Of a stretch of 64,000 nucleotides of DNA, positions 58,463 through 64,000 are shown piece after piece. The stretch is from Patescibacteria group bacterium. Its GTDB lineage: Bacteria > Patescibacteriota > Microgenomatia > UBA12405. The stretch is taken from NCBI GenBank assembly GCA_013387215.1, contig WARW01000022.1, positions 169,897 through 233,896 on the forward strand, read 5' to 3'. Under the pieces are notes generated by a model. The model ran no database searches. It saw only the letters and a list, made by a program, of their open reading frames with translations, and had not been told where the DNA came from. Every line of letters starts with the position of its first letter. Position 1 is the stretch's first letter. The position numbers and the translations under genes are program-made.

Positions 58463-60574
58463 TTATTTTGCAGCGACACCAGTCTTGATGGTCAAAGCTT
58501 CTTGAACATCTCTTGGAACCGGATCATAGTGTGATGGTTCCATGTAGAATGAACCTCGACCTTGAGTCAAAGATCGGATAACTGTGGCGTAACCACGGAT
58601 AGCTTCCAAAGGAATGAAGGCGTTAATGGTGGTAAAGTTGCCTGATTCAGTTGTACCGTTGATTTGGCCACGGCGAGATGAAAGATCTCCGATAACAGTA
58701 CCCAAGAATTCAGATGGGGTGCTAACTTCGAACTTCATAATAGGTTCAAGTATTTGAGGTTTAGCTTTAGTAAATGCATCTTTAATTGCATATGCACCAG
58801 CTAGTTTGAATGCCATTTCAGAAGAATCGACTTCGTGGTAGGTACCGTCGTAAACAGTAACTTTAATATCGGTAGCTGGATAGCCAGCAATAATACCTTT
58901 AAGCAATGTTTCTCGGACACCTTTTTCAATAGCAGGAATGAAGTTGGCAGGAATTGCACCACCTTTAACAGCGTTGACAAATTCAACACCTTCTCCCCTA
59001 TTTTTAGGTTCGATTTTAATTTTACAATGACCGTATTGACCGTGACCGCCAGATTGATGAATATATTTACCTTCACCGTCTGCAGGAGCAGAAATAGCTT
59101 CTCGATAAGCAACTTGAGGAGCACCGGTTTTGACGCCAACTCCGAATTCTCTTTTTAAACGATCAACGATAATTTCCAAATAAAGTTCACCCATACCGGC
59201 GATAATGGTTTGGCCAGTTTCGTGATTGTAGGAAACTCTAAAGGTAGGATCTTCAATTGAAAGTCTGTTTAAAGCAGCACCCATTTTTTCTTGATCGTCA
59301 GAAGTGGCTGGTTCGATTGAAAGGGAAATAACTGGTTCAGAGAATTGAATTGGAGATAATGAAATTGGGTTGTTTGCATCGCAAAGAGTGTCACCAGTAG
59401 TAGATTCTTTTAAACCAATACAGGCAACGATTTCTCCAGCGAAACCTTCTTCAATACCTTCTCTTTTATCAGCATGCATCAATAGCAAACGTCCGATTCT
59501 TTCGCTCTTTTTCTTGGTGGTGTTGTAGACTTCAGTACCTGCTTTTAAGGTGCCTGAGTAAACACGAACATAAGAAAGAGTACCAACGTGGGCATCTGAT
59601 TGAACTTTAAAAAGAAGAGCAGAAAGAGGTTCAGTCTTTTCTGGTTTTCTGGTTAAAATGTCATTAGTTTCAGGATCATAACCTTCGACTGGAGGTAAAT
59701 CCAAAGGAGAAGGTAAATAATCAACGATACCATCGAGAATTGGATGGATACCTTTGTTTCTCCAAGCAGCACCGCAGTAAACTGGGAATAATTTTCGAGC
59801 AATAGTAGCTTTTCTTAAAGCTGCTTTTAATTCTGGAACAGAAATTTCTTCATCATTTAAGAATTTTTCCATTAAAACTTCGTCTTCACCAGCGATTTTT
59901 TCAATCATTTCTGCACGAGCTTTGAGAGCGGCATCTTTATATTCATCAGTGACATCTTTAGTGGTAAATTCCATACCTTCAACGTCCTTATCGTAGACAA
60001 TCATTTTGAGAGTCATAAGATCGACGACACCAACGTGGTCGTGTTCTTCACCAACAGGAATAACGACTGGAACTATTGGAGCTCGTAATTTTTCATTAAT
60101 ACTTTGAAGAGTACCTTTGAAAGAAGCACCAATTTTATCCATTTTATTGACGAAAGCAATTCGAGGAACACCATATTTGTCGGCTTGTCTCCAAACAGTT
60201 TCAGATTGAGCTTGAACACCAGCGTTTCCGTCGAAAATCATGATAGCACCGTCTAATACACGCAAAGATCGTTCTACTTCAGCAGTAAAATCGACGTGTC
60301 CTGGAGTATCGATAATATTTAAACGGTAATCTTTCCAATAAGTAGTAATACAGGCAGATTGAATAGTAATACCTCTTTCTTTTTCCTGAACCATGGAATC
60401 GGTAGTAGTTGAACCTTCGTCAACTGAACCAATTTTGTGAATCTTTCCAGTATAGAAGAGAATTCTTTCAGTAGTAGTAGTTTTTCCACCGTCAATGTGG
60501 GCAATAATACCGATGTTTCGGACCTTTTCCATAGGTACTTCTCGGTTTTTAGTAAGTTTGATTTGTTCGGCCAT
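58463..60574 (-). CDS. fusA: Elongation factor G (start ATG60574)
   Basis: RNIGIIAHIDGGKTT, ERGITI, DTPGHVDF, NKMD, QSGGHGQYG. Confidence 0.98.
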   Translation of the reverse strand: MAEQIKLTKNREVPMEKVRNIGIIAHIDGGKTTTTERILFYTGKIHKIGSVDEGSTTTDSMVQEKERGITIQSACITTYWKDYRLNIIDTPGHVDFTAEVERSLRVLDGAIMIFDGNAGVQAQSETVWRQADKYGVPRIAFVNKMDKIGASFKGTLQSINEKLRAPIVPVVIPVGEEHDHVGVVDLMTLKMIVYDKDVEGMEFTTKDVTDEYKDAALKARAEMIEKIAGEDEVLMEKFLNDEEISVPELKAALRKATIARKLFPVYCGAAWRNKGIHPILDGIVDYLPSPLDLPPVEGYDPETNDILTRKPEKTEPLSALLFKVQSDAHVGTLSYVRVYSGTLKAGTEVYNTTKKKSERIGRLLLMHADKREGIEEGFAGEIVACIGLKESTTGDTLCDANNPISLSPIQFSEPVISLSIEPATSDDQEKMGAALNRLSIEDPTFRVSYNHETGQTIIAGMGELYLEIIVDRLKREFGVGVKTGAPQVAYREAISAPADGEGKYIHQSGGHGQYGHCKIKIEPKNRGEGVEFVNAVKGGAIPANFIPAIEKGVRETLLKGIIAGYPATDIKVTVYDGTYHEVDSSEMAFKLAGAYAIKDAFTKAKPQILEPIMKFEVSTPSEFLGTVIGDLSSRRGQINGTTESGNFTTINAFIPLEAIRGYATVIRSLTQGRGSFYMEPSHYDPVPRDVQEALTIKTGVAAK

Positions 60575-60673
60575 AAAATTAATTTGTAAGTAAAAAATAA
60601 CTGTTACCTGTAAAGTCGGCAACAGTGAACGGTTTTATGATACCATGAGGCTTAGTTATAATAAAGAACTATA

Positions 60674-61993
60674 ATGAATAGTATGCAGAATACAGAAATT
60701 GCAATTATTGGCGGAGGTTTAACAGGTTTGACGGCTGCATACCGATTGTCAAAAACAGGTGCTAAAGTTACTGTTTTTGAGAAAAGCAGTAATTTGGGAG
60801 GACTGGCTGGCGGTTTTCAAATCAATGGAACCAGTCTTGAAAAAGCTTATCATCACATTTTTAGAACTGATAAAGAAATTATAAACTTAACAAAAGAGCT
60901 AAAAATCGATAAAAAATTGAAATGGCACGAAAGCTCGATTGGTCTTTATTACAATAAAAAATTATATCCATTTGTTACGCCAGTTGAACTTTTGAAATTT
61001 GATCAATTGGGTCTGGTTGATAAATTCAGATTAGGCTTGGTGGCAGTTTATTTGCAAAAGTCTAAAAATTATAAAGATTTGATAAATATTCCAGCTGCTG
61101 ATTGGATGGAAAAATGGTGCGGGAAAAGAGCTTATAAGGTTATTTGGGAACCACTATTGAAAGGCAAATTTCATAATTATTATAAAAAAGTTTCCATGGC
61201 CTGGCTTTGGGCAAGAATTAATACCCGGGGAAATTCAAAAGAAAAAGGCGAACAAACCGAAAAACTAGGATATTTTGATGGCGGGTTTGAAATAATTTCT
61301 AAAGCGTTGGAAAAAGAAATCAAAAAACATGGCGGCAAAATTATTTTAAATAGCAATATTGAAAAAATTAAGGAAGATCGGAATGGAAAAGTGAAAATTA
61401 AAATTGAGGGAAAAGAAATGAGTTTTGACAAGGTTATAGCTTCTATACCAAGCCATGTTTTAGGAAAATTAATTGATGCAAAAAAATATAAAAAATATAT
61501 CGAAAAATTAAACAGTATAAATTATTTAGGAGCAATCACGGTGGTGTTTTCGTCTTTCCAAAGCCTGAGCAAATATTACTGGCATAATATAAATGATATA
61601 AAATCCCCTTTCCTGGCATTTTTGCAGCACACAAATTTGGTGGATAAATCCAATTATAAAAATGAAGAAGTATATTATTTGGGAACTTACCTTCCACATG
61701 AACACAAATATTTTAAAGCCAGTGAAGAAGAAATTTATAAAGATTTTTTTGATTATCTTAAAAATATATTCCCTGATTTTGATAGAAATAAAATTACTTC
61801 AAAGTATGTTTTCAAGCTGGCTAATGCTCAACACGTGGTGGACACAAAATATGTGAATAAAATTCCTGATTATGAAACGCCAATAAAAAATTTATATTTG
61901 GCCAATTTTTCCCAAATATTTCCAGAAGACCGCGGCACGAATTTTGCAGTGAGAGAGGGAAACAAAATATCAAAAATAATACAAAATCCATAA
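60674..61993 (+). CDS. FAD-dependent oxidoreductase (protoporphyrinogen/amine oxidase-like)
   Basis: IIGGGLTGLTAA, LGGLA, YHHIF, EKLGY..GG, PEDRGTN. Confidence 0.88.
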   Translation: MNSMQNTEIAIIGGGLTGLTAAYRLSKTGAKVTVFEKSSNLGGLAGGFQINGTSLEKAYHHIFRTDKEIINLTKELKIDKKLKWHESSIGLYYNKKLYPFVTPVELLKFDQLGLVDKFRLGLVAVYLQKSKNYKDLINIPAADWMEKWCGKRAYKVIWEPLLKGKFHNYYKKVSMAWLWARINTRGNSKEKGEQTEKLGYFDGGFEIISKALEKEIKKHGGKIILNSNIEKIKEDRNGKVKIKIEGKEMSFDKVIASIPSHVLGKLIDAKKYKKYIEKLNSINYLGAITVVFSSFQSLSKYYWHNINDIKSPFLAFLQHTNLVDKSNYKNEEVYYLGTYLPHEHKYFKASEEEIYKDFFDYLKNIFPDFDRNKITSKYVFKLANAQHVVDTKYVNKIPDYETPIKNLYLANFSQIFPEDRGTNFAVREGNKISKIIQNP

Positions 61994-62025
61994 AACAGAA
62001 AAAAGAGGAGAAAGAAACTCCTCTT
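61983..62025. repeat. 3' element of cassette A: AAAATCCATAAAACAGAAA plus AAGAGGAG hairpin
   Basis: 19 bp at 61983-62001 is the exact reverse complement of 62437-62455. Confidence 0.85.
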
Positions 62026-62431
62026 ATCTAAGATAAAGTCGTGAAGTGCAAAGATAAAGAGAAAAGTTTCTGACATTGTGACCTAGATTAAAGAAGGCAT
62101 CACGGACTTCATAGCTAAAAAAATTCCAATCGGTTTGATCGAGCTTCTCAAAAATAGAAGAAAAGTAGGCCATTTCGTTGAAACTGTATCTTTTCCCTTT
62201 GTCAGATAGATAATTGTCATAAATAATTTGAAAAGCTTTATCATCTGAAGTCTTTTTAAGTTGGTATTTAGATATTGGGGTTATTTTTAGTACTTTTGCT
62301 TTTAATGATCGGTCGTTTTTTATGTCAACTTTGAGTCCTACCAGTTTGGCGAGTTTTTTTAAACAAGATTCTGTTCGCCAAGTAATTATTTTAGCTTGGA
62401 TGTTTTGAAAGAAAATAAACACAATAAACAC
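62024..62431 (-). CDS. Hypothetical protein, tandem paralog family member A
   Basis: WRTESCLKKLAKLVGL..NEMAYF..CTSRLY matches 63254-63652. Confidence 0.75.
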   Translation of the reverse strand: MFIVFIFFQNIQAKIITWRTESCLKKLAKLVGLKVDIKNDRSLKAKVLKITPISKYQLKKTSDDKAFQIIYDNYLSDKGKRYSFNEMAYFSSIFEKLDQTDWNFFSYEVRDAFFNLGHNVRNFSLYLCTSRLYLR

Positions 62432-62436
62432 CTCTC

Positions 62437-62516
62437 TTTCTGTTTTATGGATTTTTAAAGTCCAAAGATAAAAATCTAAAGCAAAATTAGATTTATCTGA
62501 ATACGGGAAAATTATA
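62437..62516 (-). promoter_or_regulatory. Cassette A leader: TATAAT, hairpin, boxA-like GGACTTTAAAAA, 5' stem arm
   Basis: -10 at 62511-62516; boxA-like at 62452-62463; arm at 62437-62455. Confidence 0.65.
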
Positions 62517-62553
62517 CACCTTAAACTTAAGCAAGGTTTTATTTGAAAAATGT

Positions 62554-62604
62554 AAATCCATAAAATATAAAAAGATGTTAAAGAGGAGAAAAAATTCCCC
62601 TCTT
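62554..62604. repeat. 3' element of cassette B: AAATCCATAAAATATA plus AAGAGGAG hairpin
   Basis: 16 bp at 62554-62569 is the reverse complement of 63076-63091. Confidence 0.85.
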
Positions 62605-62631
62605 AAAAAGTATTATTGTTTTTTAGCTGTC

Positions 62632-63060
62632 TTATTCGTTTTTTGATGAAGATAATTTGATTTTGGCTGCATGTGCTTCGAACTGAGAAAGATCATCTTC
62701 TAATGATTTAGCCTTCCAATAGTCCTGTCTGTCGATAAAAAACCGATTAAGGTTATGGAAAAACAACATTTCTTCATAATAAGTCAAACCTTTATCTGCC
62801 CCGATTGTAAAAAGATTCACGCCATCTTCTTTGACAATAGGAACGTGGAATAAATTTCCTGCCTCAAAAAAATCAAAAATTTCTTGTCTAACTGTCTGTT
62901 CTTTGGGGGAACAATTACATTTGTCCATTTCAAGACCATTAACAATAATTCTTGTTAAACCACGCGATCTTTTAACAGATACTTTTACACCGACATCTCC
63001 CATTACAAATTGCAAGCAGCCTTCCATGCAAAACCGTAGCCACCATTTTTTTAGAGTCAT
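62632..63060 (-). CDS. Hypothetical protein, divergent family member B
   Basis: MEGCLQFVMGDVGVKVSVK vs TESCLKKLAKLVGLKVDIK; EEMLFF vs NEMAYF; GGGG SD. Confidence 0.7.
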   Translation of the reverse strand: MTLKKWWLRFCMEGCLQFVMGDVGVKVSVKRSRGLTRIIVNGLEMDKCNCSPKEQTVRQEIFDFFEAGNLFHVPIVKEDGVNLFTIGADKGLTYYEEMLFFHNLNRFFIDRQDYWKAKSLEDDLSQFEAHAAKIKLSSSKNE

Positions 63061-63070
63061 ACGAACACCC

Positions 63071-63162
63071 CTTTCTATATTTTATGGATTTCAAGGTACT
63101 TCAGTATTCAGAAGGAAAAGCTAAGCTATATAGAATAACCAGAATACTGGCCGATTATAACA
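63071..63162 (-). promoter_or_regulatory. Cassette B leader: TGtTATAAT, hairpin, boxA-like GTACCTTGAAA, 5' stem arm
   Basis: -10 at 63154-63162; CAGTATTC/GAATACTG hairpin; boxA-like at 63089-63099. Confidence 0.65.
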
Positions 63163-63206
63163 TACGCAAGCTAATAAACTGCTTAGGATTGTTGGAAAAA
63201 AAAATG

Positions 63207-63255
63207 AAAATCCATAAAACTCAAAAGAACCAAGAGGAGACTTAAGCCCCCTCTT
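63207..63255. repeat. 3' element of cassette C: AAAATCCATAAAAC plus AAGAGGAG hairpin
   Basis: Third copy of the element; the 5' partner is expected beyond the window end. Confidence 0.8.
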
Positions 63256-63652
63256 ATTTAAAAAACAGTTTTGTAGAGCAACCAACATCTTCAAGATAAT
63301 CGATCCATTTTTTTAACTTTTCAAAATGCTTTTTGCGTTTATGAGAAAAGTTCATGTGATCAATATAATCTTCAAGAATCTTATATACTTCTTCAAAATA
63401 TTTCAGTTCGTTTTGCGATAAACCACAAGATAATTGGTTTTCGTATTCATTATAGAGTTCTTTACCCTTAGCAACAAAGTTTTTAGGCAATAAGTCGTTT
63501 GTATATGGAACTATGGTGATGGTTCTATTCCCAGGGATATACCTAGAACTAAAATTAATTTCTAAACCTAGAGTTTTAGCCAAATTAATAAAATTTGATT
63601 CGGCGCGCCATAAATAAAAATCTCTCTTCATTTGTAAAACATAATCAATCAT
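63254..63652 (-). CDS. Hypothetical protein, family member C1
   Basis: WRAESNFINLAKTLGL..NELKYF..CSTKLF. Confidence 0.75.
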   Translation of the reverse strand: MIDYVLQMKRDFYLWRAESNFINLAKTLGLEINFSSRYIPGNRTITIVPYTNDLLPKNFVAKGKELYNEYENQLSCGLSQNELKYFEEVYKILEDYIDHMNFSHKRKKHFEKLKKWIDYLEDVGCSTKLFFK

Positions 63653-64000
63653 TTATTTTCTCCTTCTTTCCGTTTGGATAAATATCAAAGCAAAGGCTGA
63701 TTGGGCACGCTTCTATGTTGCAACGTGAAGTCCATTTTTGGAAACAATCAAATAAAGGTCTTATCCGATGTGTTTCGGAAAAAAGATGCATATGTTGGCA
63801 AATTATATGGTAGATGTCTATAAAATAGATTACCTCGTTGAAGTTAGAGTTTTCTTGATATTGTCTATTTATATAGTCCAACCAAATCTCTGAGTGAATT
63901 TTTTTGATTTTATCAGGAAGTATAAATTTGTTTTTCAAAGAAATAATTCTTATTTCTCTTAAATGTAAATCTGTTCCAGGTATAATCTCAACGTCCAGCT
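63645..64000 (-). CDS. Hypothetical protein, family member C2 (5' end off-window)
   Basis: Frame stays open from 63938 to the window edge (LDVEIIPGTDLHLREIRIIS..); NFNEVIYF matches the family. Confidence 0.7.
   Translation of the reverse strand, partial: LDVEIIPGTDLHLREIRIISLKNKFILPDKIKKIHSEIWLDYINRQYQENSNFNEVIYFIDIYHIICQHMHLFSETHRIRPLFDCFQKWTSRCNIEACPISLCFDIYPNGKKEKIND

Noticed and set aside
40503-60574. Many short antisense or frame-shifted ORFs in the track
   Set aside because: Shadows of strongly conserved translation genes
61983-63255. Repeated AAATCCATAAAA element read as a CRISPR array or integron attC sites
   Set aside because: Copies alternate in orientation and are separated by whole genes; no cas or integrase gene and no RYYYAAC/GTTRRRY ends
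1-64000. Diversity-generating retroelement, retron, IS or rRNA genes
   Set aside because: No RT (YxDD), transposase, TR/VR pair or rRNA signature found by eye

Overview
AT-rich chromosomal segment of a Patescibacteria/CPR bacterium, probably Microgenomates. This is inferred from the missing uL30 between rpsE and rplO, SD-less tightly packed core genes and DUF3048/DUF4446-type genes. Core content: gltX, aspS, recJ, CCA enzyme, secDF, RNase P RNA, miaA, ychF, hup, rny-recX-recA, tRNA-Pro(GGG), ppa, uppP, the S10-spc-alpha-L13/S9 superoperon, tuf and fusA, plus a SipW/TasA-type surface cluster. The most striking non-core signal is a set of at least eight stand-alone ORFan cassettes inserted between core genes. 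They share an rRNA-leader-like layout: sigma70 -10, hairpin, boxA-like GNNC(A)TTT(T)RAAA, then a segment complementary to sequence at or after the stop codon, which would close the ORF in one long-range RNA stem. This pairing is clear in four cassettes, weaker in three and not evident in one. Two of the cassettes (paralogous secreted proteins, 10.4-11.6 kb) end in near-identical type III hammerhead ribozymes instead of terminators. All calls are by eye from sequence and motif recognition; no searches or folding programs were run.
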